Positions 27,873-45,721 are shown, counted from the first letter of the stretch. The stretch: DNA of 64,000 nt from Eledone cirrhosa (GCA_964016885.1 OZ024742.1:158348001-158412000); one strand, 5' to 3'. The notes: generated by a model not told the origin, from the letters alone. Numbers and translations: made by a program.

Positions 27873-29117
27873 TTTCGACGACTCTATTTGGATTAAAAAA
27901 TCCAATAGTACCCCATTCGACGTGAGTATGGGCGGTAGTGACTCTGCGGAGGTTACTGATCTTATTGGCCTTTTCCTTCTTTTCTCTATCAAGGACGAAT
28001 TCCCCAACGCGGGCGGTGGTTTGTACCGTGACGATGGTCTTTTGACCATGATTAATGCGGACCTCGTGCTTGCGACAGGTTCAGAAAAGAACTCACAGCC
28101 TTCTTTAAAGGCTTCAACCTCTCTATACAGGTTGAGGCCAATCTCTCGGTCGTTAATTACCTCGACGTTACCCTCAATTTATTGAATGGGTTGTATTACC
28201 CATATAGAAAGCCGAATGATACGCTTAATTACATAAGTAAGCATTCCAACCATCCTGCCAGCATAACCAAGAACCTGGTAAAAAACGTTTCGTTGAGACT
28301 ATCCCGTCTTTCCACCAACGAGCGCATTTTCAACGACCATTCCACTTATTACAATGAAGCTCTTGCTCGAAGTGGATTTGTCGATAAGGTAGCATATACA
28401 GAGTACGAAAATAGACCTAGAAGAAATAGATCCCGTCGCATTTGTTGGTTTAACCCACCATATAATATGGAGGTGGCCACACCATTAGCTAAGATCTTTC
28501 TTTCCCTTATTACGAAGCATTTTCCCCCTACACATAAATATAGTAAAATTTTTAATAGAAATACTATTAAAATTTCTTACTCTACGACTCCTAACCTTGC
28601 ACATAACATCACAGCTTCAAATTTAGCTAAACTACCTAGCCGTAGGAACACGTGCAACCCTGTAGTTAGTACTAACTGTAATTGTAGGAATCGGGCTGAT
28701 TGCCCCCTATCCGGGAAATGCCTCTCTAGTAACATTGTCTACAAATGTAAGGTTGTAACACCCACGTCCCGTAGGGCCTACAATGGGTTAACCGCCAATA
28801 GTTTCAAGCAGCGTCTTTACATGCATACCCATTCTTTTTGTTACCCTCTAAGAAGGAATATGACGTCACTTTCAGCTTATATCTGGAGTCTAAAAGACAA
28901 CCACACCCAATATAAGTTACACTGGGAGATCCTAGCTAGGGCTAGATCGTATAACGGAAATAAAAGACCATGTGACCTCTGCGCCGCTGAGGCCCTGGAA
29001 ATACTCTACGCCACAGACCACATCTTAAACAAAAAATCTGAGGCAATTTCGGCTTGTAAACATAAATTGCACAAAACTTTCCTGTATTACAGCCCCACGT
29101 TATACCCTAACGGATAG
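27873..29117 (+). pseudogene. PLE RT C-terminal part plus GIY-YIG
   Basis: ORFs 27745-28185 (from ~27873) and 28182-29117. Confidence 0.85.
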
Positions 29118-30030
29118 CACGATCTATACGTGGATATTTTACGTCTTGATGTGGGAGCTAAGTATATGTTTTGTTTATTCCTTTACTTATGTGCATAGGT
29201 AAGTATATATTACCCGTATGTTTTGTGAAGGTATGTATACCTTCTCGTATGTATATTTGACTGTTATGGCGTATAATTTTTACATATTATGGCATTTAGG
29301 GTTTGGCTATGTGTATACGAGAGTTTTGCGTCTGTGTGAGTATGCAGGTTCGTACGTATGGTGGGTGTGTGTATATGTGTACTTCTTGTTTTAGTTAACT
29401 TACGTCTCCGAACATTCGTGTATTTATTTGTAGGTATGTGTGTGCGCTTGTTATATACGTATTTATTTACTTATATACGTTTATATAATTATTTATTTAT
29501 TTGTACACAAGCATACACACACACACATATTTATATGTGCGTGGTTTTGTATACCTATGGTAAGGTTTTGCTGATGCTTGTGTATGTACATATCTGTTTG
29601 CGTGTATGTATTTATTTGTTTCTATTACTTCTGTATTGTATTTATTTACTTTGTTCTTAACCCTGTAGCGGAGATTCATTTGGTCTCATAGTTAGAATTT
29701 TAGTCTACAACTTCTGCTATACCATTTAAGTGGTTTTGTCTTTGCGTGCTATTGTTCTCCACGCTCCACATATGACTTATTATCTTCTTTTTTTCGTTCA
29801 TTGCCAGAGAACGTCTCTATGCACCACCTAAGAGAACATTAGTCTACGACCTCATTTATACCATAAACGTGGTTCTGTCTTTGCGCGTAATTGTTTTTCA
29901 CCGCTCCTATTAATGACGTATTATTCGTTTTTTCCCGTTCTTTGCCAGCGAACATTTTCCACGAACAAAAGTATCGTCTTCCTGTCTTCCCCCAGTTGCA
30001 ACGTTTTTTGTAATATCCAGTTCTGCGTTT

Positions 30031-30106
30031 ACAGATTGAGTTTGTTAGTTTCAGAAGATCCCATTAAGGGTGAAAGCAGCGATTCTTTGCTTAAACTTTA
30101 ATCTGT
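30031..30106 (+). ncRNA. Hammerhead-like fold with CAGAAGA (A4) core
   Basis: ACAGAUUGA..AGUUU-CAGAAGA-UCCC auuaa GGGU-GAAA-GCA(9 nt)UGC-UU-AAACU-UUAAUCUGU. Confidence 0.62.
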
Positions 30107-30134
30107 TATTTTAATAAATATACATATATGTATA

Positions 30135-30243
<109 letters not shown>

Positions 30244-30244
30244 G

Positions 30245-30400
<156 letters not shown>

Positions 30401-30409
30401 CATATATAC

Positions 30410-30448
<39 letters not shown>

Positions 30449-30456
30449 AATATATA

Positions 30457-30835
30457 TGTCAACTCTGGATTTCGGTGAGCATGTCCAGCCAAACTCAGTC
30501 TCCTCTGTGTCACTTTTGAGCTGACTTTTGGGATGCTCCCATACAGCTCTGAGTTTTTCATCCTCAGTGTATACTGATTAATGTTCAGAGCCATCCTCAG
30601 CATTCTCGTGTAGCACCCATCCACCATCTGAGTGAGTCTCAGTGCTCCTTTGGGAGCCCCTACATGGACACACTAGAAGAGGAAGACCAAGGTTAACATA
30701 TGTTGATGCCCTAAGGACAGACACTGGTCTGTTGGAGATGCAGGATATGGCAACGATAATGAGGGACAGAGACCGCTGGAGAGAACTCGTCCATGGATCT
30801 CGGGAATTTTACCCGCCTTAGATAGATAGATAGAT
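30457..30835. mobile_element. 5'-truncated RTE copy with internal inversion (30457-30640 minus, 30638-30835 plus)
   Basis: Both parts match adjacent segments of the RTE 3' end (30984-31352). The plus part ends in a (TAGA)n tail. Confidence 0.87.
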
Positions 30836-30847
30836 ATATATATATAC

Positions 30848-34780
<3,933 letters not shown>

Positions 34781-34782
34781 AT

Positions 34783-37309
34783 GACAGGGAACCAGTGGAT
34801 TCGCTTCTTGACTTCATGGATGATTTCTTCTTGTCCTAACTGGTGCTCGAACCAACGAGGTGCCACAAAAACTTCCTAGACTTAATTTTCAGCAATCACA
34901 CTGACAATATCCACAATATTGCAGTGGAGAAAACTCTACTCTCTGATCATGACTTGGTTCTCTGTGATCTGATATTCCACCATCCAATATACAAACCCAA
35001 TGCCATCTCTCCTGTCCATTCGTTTGACGCTATGGATTTCCACAATGCAAACTGGGAAGCGATCAGTCATGATCTTGCACATGTCGACTGGTCCTTCACG
35101 CACACTCATACACCCACTAACATCAAAAAGTCCTGGCAGACATTTGTGGACACTGTTAAAAACATATATGCAAAACACACCCCATTAAGAACTAGAAACA
35201 AATCTAAGAGCAGAATCCCTAGAAATAGAAAAACGCTCATCAGGAAAATTAAGAGAACTAACAAAAAAAATCAACAAGCTGAAATACTGTCAGCACCAAC
35301 ACATCAACTTGACTGCCATTACATCACTAGAGATTAAAAAACATAACCTCCAAAACAATATGATGCCTATCATCAACAATCAGAGAAGAGCTGAAGTGGC
35401 CTGGGCCATTGAGAAGATCTAACTCAATCCCAAAGTGTTCTTTTCATTTGCCAAAAAACACAAAATCACTGGCTCTACTGTTGGCCCTCTAATTGATGAA
35501 AATGGCACTCTTCAAGACAATGCTAAAACCATGGGTGGGATACTGCAGAAACAATACTGCTCTGTTTTCAGCAATCCTGATATGGCCGATCTGGGCTGTA
35601 TCGTCGATGTTACTCCCCATTACACCTATCGGACATAACGTTTGGCGCCCTGATGTCTTAGCGGCAATAAAGGAAATCAAGCATAATTCAACAGTAGGTC
35701 CTGATAGGTTCCATGCTTGTGTCTTGAAGGCGTGTCAACACCAACTTGCATCTCCTCTTGCCAATCTGTGGCGGAACTCACTGGATGCTGGATATGTGCC
35801 AGAAAACCTTCTGTCCCAGTCTGTTGTCCCAGCTTTCAAAAAAGGAAACATCCCTTGCCGTGAATTACAGTCTAATCTCACTCACCTCTCATATCATTAA
35901 GGTATTTGAGAGAGTGGTGAGATCGCGAATGACTCACTTCGTTGAGAGTAACAATATGCTGAACTCCAACCAGCATGGATTCCGTAATGGAAGGATTGCC
36001 TGACGCAGCTACTGCATCACTTTCATGACATTTTGAGAGCCTTGGGAGAGGGTTCCAACACTGATGTTATCTACCTTGATTTCAGCAAGGCCTTTGACAG
36101 GGTTGATCACATCATTCTACTGAGAAAGCTGTCCAATATTGGTGTCACTGGAAAGCTGCTGCAGTGGATCAAGTGCTTCCTGTCAAACAGAACGCAACAT
36201 GTTGTAGTCGAAGGAGTCAAATCCAGCCCAGCCAAAGTCAGTAGTGGGGTCCCACAAGGCACTGTGTTGGGCCCACTTCTCTTCATCATCTATATTAATG
36301 ACATCACTGACATCATCAAACACAGCAACATTAGAATTTTCGCTGATGATTCCATGCTCCAAAAGGTCATCAATTGCGTGGATGACCGGATAAGCCTTCA
36401 GTCAGACCTACTGGCTGTTACCCAATGGGCGGAAAAGAACAACATGTTACTGAACGAAGACAAATTCGAACTAATCCACTTTGGAAAAGAGGATGCTCTG
36501 AAACTCCCGTACTCCCTTCCCTCCGGTGAAACTCTCGTGGCATCTAACAACATCAGAGACTTGGGAGTAACCGTGGACAGCAACATAAGCTGGGCTACGC
36601 ATATAAGCAGCAAAGTTGACATGGCCCGCAGAATGTGTTCCTGGAGCCTCAGAACCTTCCAGTCGAGAGATTCCCACACCATTATCCTTCTCTTCTCCAC
36701 TTTTGCCCGACCACACCTTGAATACTGTTGTCCACTGTGGTCTCCCCACACGAAACAAAGTATCATGAAACTTGAAGCTCTCCAAAGGGCAATCACGAAA
36801 AAGATAGATGGCATGTCAGACCTGGACTACTAGGGTCGACTAGAAAAGCTGAAACTTTACTCCCTCCAACGTCCCCGTAAGCGTTATATTATATGCATGA
36901 TGTGGAAAATGTTTCATCAGCACTGCCCAAATGATAATGGCATCACCTTCAAAATACACCCAAGGCTTGGGCCCCGTGCTATCCGTCCCAAACAAAAATC
37001 TACATCGCAACACATAACAACAATACGGCACAATTATTTAACCTCAATTGGCCCTGCTCTCTTCAACATCACACCAGGACACGTCAAAACAGAAACTGAC
37101 CACACGAAATTCAAGAAGTCTTTGGACAAATTCCTCCAAGTAATCCCGGATAAACCAGCCGCACCCGGATATGTCTCCGCAAACAGTAATTCTCTTCTCA
37201 AATGGGCCATGGTGCCCACATCCTGAGTTGAAAGACTTCGCCAGGTGGTGATATTAAGTTAGACATGGCCTGGGCAATACTGGCCAAAACATTTCAAAGT
37301 TATTCGAAG

Positions 37310-37312
<3 letters not shown>
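34783..37312 (+). mobile_element. 5'-truncated, degenerate CR1/L2-group LINE
   Basis: EPTR..LDLIFSN..LSDHDLV (end of APE), NQHGFR, YLDFSKAFDRVDH, SGVPQGTVLGPLLF, FADD, RPHLEYCCPLWSPH, SANSNSL. Several frameshifts and stops. Confidence 0.9.
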
Positions 37313-37352
<40 letters not shown>

Positions 37353-37356
37353 CATA

Positions 37357-37544
37357 TACTACCAAGCCAGCTTCCTACCTTAATGGTCGCTATATTTATG
37401 GTACGTCAAAATTATTTATAAAACTGGTTATATATTGTATTTTATCTGACGAAGGCATGCCATATTTTTAATATGGTATCCCTGAAATATGTATAATGAA
37501 ATAAATATGGTTTTATAAATATAGTTTCCATTTGTTTAATATCG

Positions 37545-37547
<3 letters not shown>
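37357..37547 (+). mobile_element. Orphan pLTR-like fragment with hammerhead
   Basis: Lies between TA tracts; homologous to 44330-44480 (-) and 44511-44617 (+). Confidence 0.72.
37438..37503 (+). ncRNA. Type I hammerhead ribozyme
   Basis: UAUUUUAU-CUGACGA-AGG[AUGCCAUAUU/AAUAUGGUAU]CCU-GAAA-UAUGUA-UA-AUGAAAUA. Confidence 0.8.
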
Positions 37548-37596
<49 letters not shown>

Positions 37597-37601
37597 TACA
37601 T

Positions 37602-37707
<106 letters not shown>

Positions 37708-38410
37708 ATGTATATATGTATATATATATATATATATATATACATATATATATACATATACACATATATATATATTCATTAGTTAAGCAAAACAAGACCA
37801 CTAATTTCACAAGGAAGACATTATTAAAAGATTGTCAACATATTTAGTTTGATGTAAGGAATGTAGAGAATAATAATAATAATAATAATATTAATAATAA
37901 TAATGCCCGTTTATAATTGTTTCGCTACTCCGTATAATATTTCTGGATCAGATGACTATGTATCATAATTGATCTGGTTCAGTTGAAAATTACCATAAAC
38001 CAGGCGAATTACTCACATATATTAGCCCACACTCTAACCACCCACCGGCAGTCATCAGAGCAGTAATCAAATCTATCTCCTATAGGACCTCAATGCTATC
38101 AGCAAATGAAGAGATATTTATAAACCACGCACAATATTATAATAAGGCTCTCTCTGAATCTGGTTATAATCAATCAATTTATTACATACCAAAATGCCAG
38201 AACACAGCAACTCACCATAATAAACTTAAAACTAGAACTAGTAATACCTTAGCATATAGCCAGATTCGCCGGAATTTTAGCTGTAACAGCACCTATACAG
38301 GGAACTTTAATGGTGGCAGCTGCCTGCTCCCCACTCCTAGTAGCAAACTAAGAATCAACCCTAGAATAGGAATGATAAATGGGATGACAAATAACAAACC
38401 CCCAGGTAAT

Positions 38411-38557
38411 AATTGTTTCTACTTTAGGCACAAGGCCAGCAAATTACCCAGTGCATTACTGGTACTTTATTTTATCGACCCCGTAAGGATGAAAGGCAAA
38501 GTCAACCTCGGCGGGATTTGAACTCAGATCGTAAAGGGACGTAACTATGCTGGAAAG
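38411..38557 (-). mobile_element. tRNA-derived SINE, 5'-truncated, with ~14-bp TSD
   Basis: B-box GAGTTCAAATCCC on minus. Flanked by CCCCAGGTAATAAT (38400-38413) and CCCCGGGTAATAAT (38558-38571). Empty site at 52771. Confidence 0.87.
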
Positions 38558-38823
38558 CCCCGGGTAATAATAACCCTAGGAAATACACACAGTCTCTAAT
38601 CTCTCGAGAAGTTACTTCCCCTTAAACCACCCTCTAATTAGTAAGGTAAATATGCCCTTTGGCAGCCATCTTGTTACCCATAGGCAGATCTCACACAATG
38701 CAGCATCGACAGATGAGTACTGCTTTATTATGGCTGACAACTGATGAAACGAAGGCACCATAGTAAAAACTAATATATGGAACATTATATTATGTAACAT
38801 TATTTTAATTTATATTCCTTTGA

Positions 38824-38944
38824 GTTCCGATGAGCCACTCTGTTTTTTTAAATATGTTAATTATTTTCAACTGAACCAGATCAATTATGATACATAGTCA
38901 TCTGATCCAGAAATATTATACGGAGTAGCGAAACAATTGTAAAC
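38824..38944 (+). ncRNA. Hammerhead-like fold, CCGAUGA (C4) core, ~95-nt stem II
   Basis: GUU-CCGAUGA-GCcACUCUG...CGGAGUaGC-GAAA-CAAUUG-UA-AAC. The paralog at 54014-54133 has a decayed core. Confidence 0.62.
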
Positions 38945-39258
38945 GGGCATTATTATTATTAATATTATTATTATTATTATTCTCTACATTCCTTACATCA
39001 AACTAAATATGTTGACAATCTTTTAATAATGTCTTCCTTGTGAAATTTGTGGTCTTGTTTTGCTTAACTAATGAATATTTCCAGCTCTGCGCACCTAACC
39101 TCTGCATGAACCCAGCCACCTAGCTGCTTTCTACTGCATATTGCACATTGAGCACATGCCTTTACGCTTTGGCTTCTAACTAACTCACCAATCTTTGCTC
39201 TCATATCTCCTCTACTATCTCAATCTCTCTCTTTAAGATTGGTTACTCTTGAACTGTG

Positions 39259-39338
<80 letters not shown>

Positions 39339-39349
39339 CATATATATTT

Positions 39350-40412
39350 ATATAAATTAATATTTGATGAACATTTACAAGTTTTAGTTGCAATTGACTA
39401 ATAAGATCGCTAGAGTGAAAAATCTTAATTCAACAACATAAAGTCTGCCTGTACGATCTAAATAATAATAAATCAATACTCACAGACTCATATGGGCAAA
39501 AAGCCTTGGTACCTAGACACGTTTAAAATTCAAAATACAAACTTTTTCCGCAGATCGGTCAGAACATCAAACTTCAAACATGTTTCACAAAGGATAGTAT
39601 AATAGTAAAATAATTAACTAATTAGTAGTGAGTTAATCAACTTTTTCTGTGTTTATTGATTTATTATTTTTTAGATCGTATAGGCACACTTTATGTTGTT
39701 GAATTAAGATTTTTCACTCTAGCGATCTTATTAGTCAATTGCAACTAAAACATATAAATGTTCATCAAATATTAATTTATACTGCTCAGAAGCGATTCCT
39801 AGAGCTGAAATGATTGTAAATGACCCCATTGAGTCTAAACTCTAAGCTATTTATCACTACTCCCCCAGGTGAGCTAAATTTTGTAATCCCATATAAACGG
39901 CTGTTATTTCTAGCACTATGTGTGGGACGTTAGAGGACTGGAATAAGCCGTGTGCAAAACCTCGTGTATTTTCGCTACGCTAACCAGACCTTAGATATTT
40001 TTCTGAGGTAGAGTTATTTTATTTTATCTGGGTACCTATTGATAAACACAGAAAAAGTTGACTAACTCGCTGCTAATTAGTTAATTATTTTACTATTATA
40101 CCATCCTTTGTGAAACATGTTTGAAGTTTGAAGTTCTGACCGATCTGCGGAAAAAGTTTGTATTTTGAATTTTAAACGTGTCTAGGTACCAAGGCTTTTT
40201 GCCCATATGAGTCTGTGAGTATTGATTTATTATTTTTTAGATCGTACAGGCAGACTTTATGTTGTTGAATTAAGATTTTTCACTCTAGCGATCTTATTAG
40301 TCAATTGCAACTAAAACTTGTAAATGTTCATCAAATATTAATTTATACTGCTCAGAAGCGATTCCTAGAGCTGAATGATTGTAAATGACCCCATTGAGTC
40401 TAAACTCTAAGC

Positions 40413-40414
<2 letters not shown>
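39350..40414. repeat. 566-bp non-coding unit: inverted partial (39350-39660) plus ~1.3 direct copies
   Basis: AGATCGTA at 39673 and 40239 (period 566). The left arm is the reverse complement of ~40042-40346. Confidence 0.88.
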
Positions 40415-40858
<444 letters not shown>

Positions 40859-41121
40859 TAGTTTTGCGAGGTTTTTTATATGAAATCGTGTGTCGAAACA
40901 GATATTGTTATATTTGGGGAGGGTCATATTTGCGTAATATTGCCAGAATTAATAACAGAACACACTCACTGTCTGGTTGGTTTTCGCTTCTCGCTGTCTT
41001 TTATATATATATATCTGCGATCTAACTTACTCGGTCCTCAATGTTGCCATTGACTGACCGGCGGTCAAAAATAATACAGATACAATATAGACAAACACAT
41101 ATATATAGAGTTTACATAATT

Positions 41122-41165
41122 TACATAAATCTTTCGTTGCACATCTGCAACATCGTCAGTGGTGT
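41122..41165 (-). ncRNA. Minimal hammerhead ribozyme (family B)
   Basis: CUGACGA-U-GUUGCA gaug UGCAAC-GAAA-GAUU-UA on minus; weak stem I. Confidence 0.7.
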
Positions 41166-41433
41166 TATATTCATTGTTCCTCCTGTTGTGTTGTATGTCT
41201 ACGCCATTTTTTTTTTGTTCAGTCTGTCTATATATTTATTTATTTATTTGCTTGTTTGTTTATCTTATTTTATTTTGTCTTCTTTGCGCATGCGTTTGCG
41301 TGTGTGTATAGTGTTATGTGTGATGTGTGACTAGTGTGTATAGTGTTGTGTCTGCTGGGTGACTAGTGTGTGTTTATGTGCTTGTGTATGTATTTATTTA
41401 TCTTATTTTATTTTATTTAATTTACTTATTTAT

Positions 41434-43140
41434 TTATACTTCTCTTAGGTCAGTGTTGTTTGTTTGGGTGTTGTTGTTGTTCCACTCATTCTTTCTGTTT
41501 AGCTTTGGTCTTCTAATTTCTATTTCACTGGCCTCTCTGATTTGCCTATCTGCTGGGTCATTCCTATGTTTAGATATTATTCTAATTTCTATGTTGTCTA
41601 TGTTACCGTCATGTTGTTGTCTAGCATGTTCGTATAGTACTGACCCGTTTTTTCGTCCTTTTAGTTCCCCCCAGTGTTGGTCTATCCTTTCACCTATGCT
41701 ACGAGCTGTCTCACCTATGTATGTTGTTGTCGTGTTTCTGCAAGTACCCTCTGTACATCTTATGCTATAGACTACGTTTCTAGTTTTACAGTTCATCCGG
41801 GGGTTCACCTTACATATGATACATTTCCTATTGGTACAGTGGGTTTTCTTAAAAGGGTAGGTTTTGCTGATCAGGGATTTTATGGTGGTTCCTGGCTTTT
41901 CTACCACCTTTATTTTTAAGTGGGTCTTTCTCAGGGCCTTTCTACACTGGTTAGCTAATTTCCCTCCAAGGGTGGCGTCCACAAACATGACACTCTGATA
42001 TCTCTGGTTGTCGTACCATGATGTGGCCTTCCCTATCTTATGTCTAGCCCTATCTAAGCTATTCCATGATTTGCTCCTGTATAGTGGGCAAATTCCTTTC
42101 ATGTCCAGTTCTATGAGGGTCTTATAGTTTTCCATGGCTCCTTCGTATACTCTGACTCTGTCTCTTTGGTTGTAGCCAGAGAACTGCATGCGGTTGATGA
42201 AGTGTTGGATGTGTCCTTCCATTTCTGTTGGGTCGCACATGCTGGACACATTCTTCATCACTCGTACCAAATCTGCGATCAGAATATTAAACTTAGCACT
42301 ACTGGACATTGCTGAGTTTTTGAGTATCAGGTATTTGGAGGCCATGGGTTTAGCATAGTGTGAGTGGAGAATTTGGGCTCTCTCGTCTATAGTGTTAATC
42401 CAGAGTTCTGTGTCTAATACAGGTAGTCTATTGTTAGGGTGTTTGGAAGGGAAGTCTATAGTTACAGTTATACTCTGGTGTATGGAATTAGCTATCTGCT
42501 GGATGCTTTCCATCGTGCTACGTTCTAAATCAAACTTGTTAGTGCTCTCTAGTGGGGGTGTTCTTATAACTATATTGATATCGTCTACATAACGAGAGTA
42601 CATGATGAGGTCTATGGAGCTTTCATTAAGGAGATCTTTAAGTCTCCTTTCCCACCATACCATGAAAAGGTTGGCAACATCACCAGCTATGCTGACGCCG
42701 ATGGCTGCTCCCTCATTTTGGGTGTAGATTTTCTCATTGAACTTAAATATGTGGCCCTTTAGGGTAGTTTTGATACTAGCCCCTATTGCATGTGCGACCA
42801 TTTTTCTTACCTGATCAGTGTTTTGGGGGGTCCGTATAGCTTTGGTCCACCCAATCCACCTTCCTATGGGAGTCTTTTTAGCCATTGAGGTTATGGTGGG
42901 GGGGTCTACCTCTTATAGGTCTACTAGGGCAGAAACATCTAAGGTCATGGCTGTCTAGGTAGTCAGTGTCGTAGGTAAGTCTAAGTAGGAGGCCCAGTTC
43001 GTCTGTGTCGACGTCGCAGAACTCCACCTCACTCTCAATGATCATCTCCACACATCCTTTCACAGCAAAATCAATGTTAATGGATGGGTACAGTGACACC
43101 ACATCCATGCTCCCTATTATGCAGTTGGATAGGCTCCTGT
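41434..43140 (-). pseudogene. PLE RT plus GIY-YIG, 5'-truncated, one frameshift
   Basis: ORFs 42878-43171 and 41434-42885; YVDD and YIGETAR. Confidence 0.88.
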
Positions 43141-43252
43141 TATATAAAAGACAGCGAGAAGCGAAAACCAACCAAACAGTGAGTGTGTTCTGTTATTAAT
43201 TCTGGCAATATTACGCAAATATGACCCTCCCCAAATATAACAATATATATAC

Positions 43253-43361
<109 letters not shown>

Positions 43362-43362
43362 C

Positions 43363-43531
<169 letters not shown>

Positions 43532-43539
43532 CATATATC

Positions 43540-44215
43540 TCTTTTACTATTTTACCTGTTTCAGCCATCCGGCTGAGGCCATGCTGGGGCACCGCCCATG
43601 TTGCTACACATTTTATCTCCAGCCTGTATAGGTTGGCCACTGGTGTAAGAGGGAGTTTGTTGCTGCTGCACTTAGGTTTCCCTCGTGTCTTGCTGTGGGC
43701 TCATCTCGGATCATGGATAACAAGGTGTCGAGATGTTTCTTGAAGGCATCCACTTCCACGTTATGCAAGTCTCTCAGATCCCTCGGCAGCCTGTTGAAGA
43801 GTTGAGGGCCCTTGAATCCCAGGCTATTGCAATACCTGCTCCTTATTCTAGATGTGGAAGACGGGACGTTTGGCACCACACAGTGTCGTCCTGTTCGACG
43901 GTTGGTCCAGCTCCCAATGCCAAAGTTTGGTGCTAGTCCCTCCAGGATTTTCCACATGTAGATCACTGCGTATCTCTCCCGTCTTCGCTCTAAGGAGTAG
44001 AGGTTCAGTTCCTTTAGCCTCTCCCAGTAGCTTGTCTCCCTTATCTTGGCAATCCTCTTGGTGTAGCTTCGCTTGATTGCCTCAAGGTCCGTGGTTAGTT
44101 TGACACTATGGGGTGACCACAACTGGGAGCAGTAGTCCAGGCGGCTTAAGATAAATGTCCTCCATAGTGTCAACATGGTGTCTCGATCTCTTGTCCGGAA
44201 AGTCCTCAAGATCCA

Positions 44216-44216
<1 letters not shown>
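43540..44216 (-). mobile_element. CR1/L2-group LINE 3' fragment (second family)
   Basis: [50 protein letters not shown]. 3' end GGTGCCCCAGCATGGCC..TGAAACAGGTAAAATAGTAAAAGAG. Confidence 0.9.
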
Positions 44217-44246
<30 letters not shown>

Positions 44247-44373
44247 CATATATAGGAACGAGTAGGACCCCGACGGCTGAGCTGAAGCCGTTTCGACGGC
44301 TAATTCTGGACTACATATATATATATATATACGATATTAAACAAATGGAAACTATATTTATAAAACGATATTT

Positions 44374-44437
44374 ATTTCGTTATATATATTTCTGGGATAT
44401 CATATTAAAAATATGTTATGCCTTCCTCAGACAAAAT
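44374..44437 (-). ncRNA. Type I hammerhead ribozyme
   Basis: AUUUUGU-CUGAGGA-stem II-GAAA-UAUAUA-UA-ACGAAAU on minus. Confidence 0.72.
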
Positions 44438-44511
44438 ACAATACATAAGCTGTTTTATAAATAATTAGTGACATACCTTTTGAGAATGCAACTTCCTTTT
44501 AAAAAAGTTGA

Positions 44512-44572
44512 TTTGTCTGAGGAAGGCATAACATATTTTTAATATGATATCCCAGAAATATATATAACGAAA
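44512..44572 (+). ncRNA. Type I hammerhead ribozyme
   Basis: UUUGU-CUGAGGA-AGG..CCA-GAAA-UAUAUA-UA-ACGAA. Stem I shows an A-U to G-C compensatory change relative to the 37438 copy. Confidence 0.72.
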
Positions 44573-44702
44573 TAAATATGGTTTTATAAATATAGTTTCC
44601 ATTTGTTTAATATCGTAAACCTACTCCAGAATCTCTCGAGTGCTTTTATATCAGTTATAATATATTTACTCGTTGTAACCCAACAATCTTAAATAAAACT
44701 TT

Positions 44703-44738
<36 letters not shown>

Positions 44739-44813
44739 GATAAATCTACTAAAAGTTTACATAAATAGATATATATATATATATATATACATATAGATAT
44801 ATATATAGATATA

Positions 44814-44881
<68 letters not shown>

Positions 44882-44884
44882 TAT

Positions 44885-44963
<79 letters not shown>

Positions 44964-44993
44964 GATAAATCTACCAAAAGTTTACATAAATAG

Positions 44994-45024
<31 letters not shown>

Positions 45025-45045
45025 GATATATATATAGATATATAG

Positions 45046-45083
<38 letters not shown>

Positions 45084-45618
45084 TCTCTTTTACTATTTTA
45101 CCTGTTTCAGCCATCCGGCTGAGGCCATGCTGGGGCACCGCCCTTGTTGCTACACATTTTATCTCCAGCCTGTATAGGTTGGCCACTGGTGTAGGAGGGA
45201 GTTTGTTGCTGCTGCCCTTAGGTTTCCCTCGTGTCTTGCTGTGGACTCATCCGGGATCCTGGATAACAAGGTGTCGAGATGTTTCTTAAAGACATCCACC
45301 CCCACGTCATGCAAGTCTCGCAGATGCCTCGGCAGCCTGTTGAAGAGTTGAGGGCCCTTGAATCCCAGGCTATTGCAATACCTGCTCCTTATTCTAGATG
45401 TGGAAGACGGGACCTTTGGCACCACACAGTGACGTCCTGTTCGACGGTTGGTCCAGCTCCCAATGCCAAAGTTTGGCGCTAGTCCCTCCAGGATTTTCCA
45501 CATGTAGATCACTGCGTATCTCTCCCGTCTTCGCTCCAAGGAGTAGAGGTTCAGTTCCTTCAGCCTCTCCCAGTAGCTTGTCTCCCTTATCTTGGCAATC
45601 TTCTTGGTGTAGCTTCGC
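45084..45618 (-). mobile_element. CR1/L2-group LINE 3' fragment
   Basis: Close copy of 43540-44072. Confidence 0.9.
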
Positions 45619-45637
45619 TATATAGATATATAGATAG

Positions 45638-45721
<84 letters not shown>

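Larger units (their letters stand above)
27539..30118 (+). mobile_element. PLE family H2 (YRDD-type), 5'-truncated, with upstream inverted pLTR end (27539-27872)
   Basis: FDVSMGGSDSAEVTDLIG and GLYRDDGL, then a frameshift to ORF 28182-29117 (PYRKPN..SNHP..WFNPPY..CNCRNRADCPLSGKC..CDLC..LNKKSE..CKH). 27630-27872 is the reverse complement of 29875-30115. Confidence 0.88.
37772..39258 (+). mobile_element. Internally deleted PLE family H3 copy with inverted pLTR end (37772-37990)
   Basis: 37991-38581 matches 52369-52794 and 38611-39078 matches 53790-54477. 37772-37990 is the reverse complement of 38862-39078. Confidence 0.85.
44330..44705. mobile_element. Inverted pair of orphan pLTR-like fragments, each with a hammerhead
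   Basis: 44330-44434 is the reverse complement of 44512-44617. The right arm extends ~85 nt further. Confidence 0.78.
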
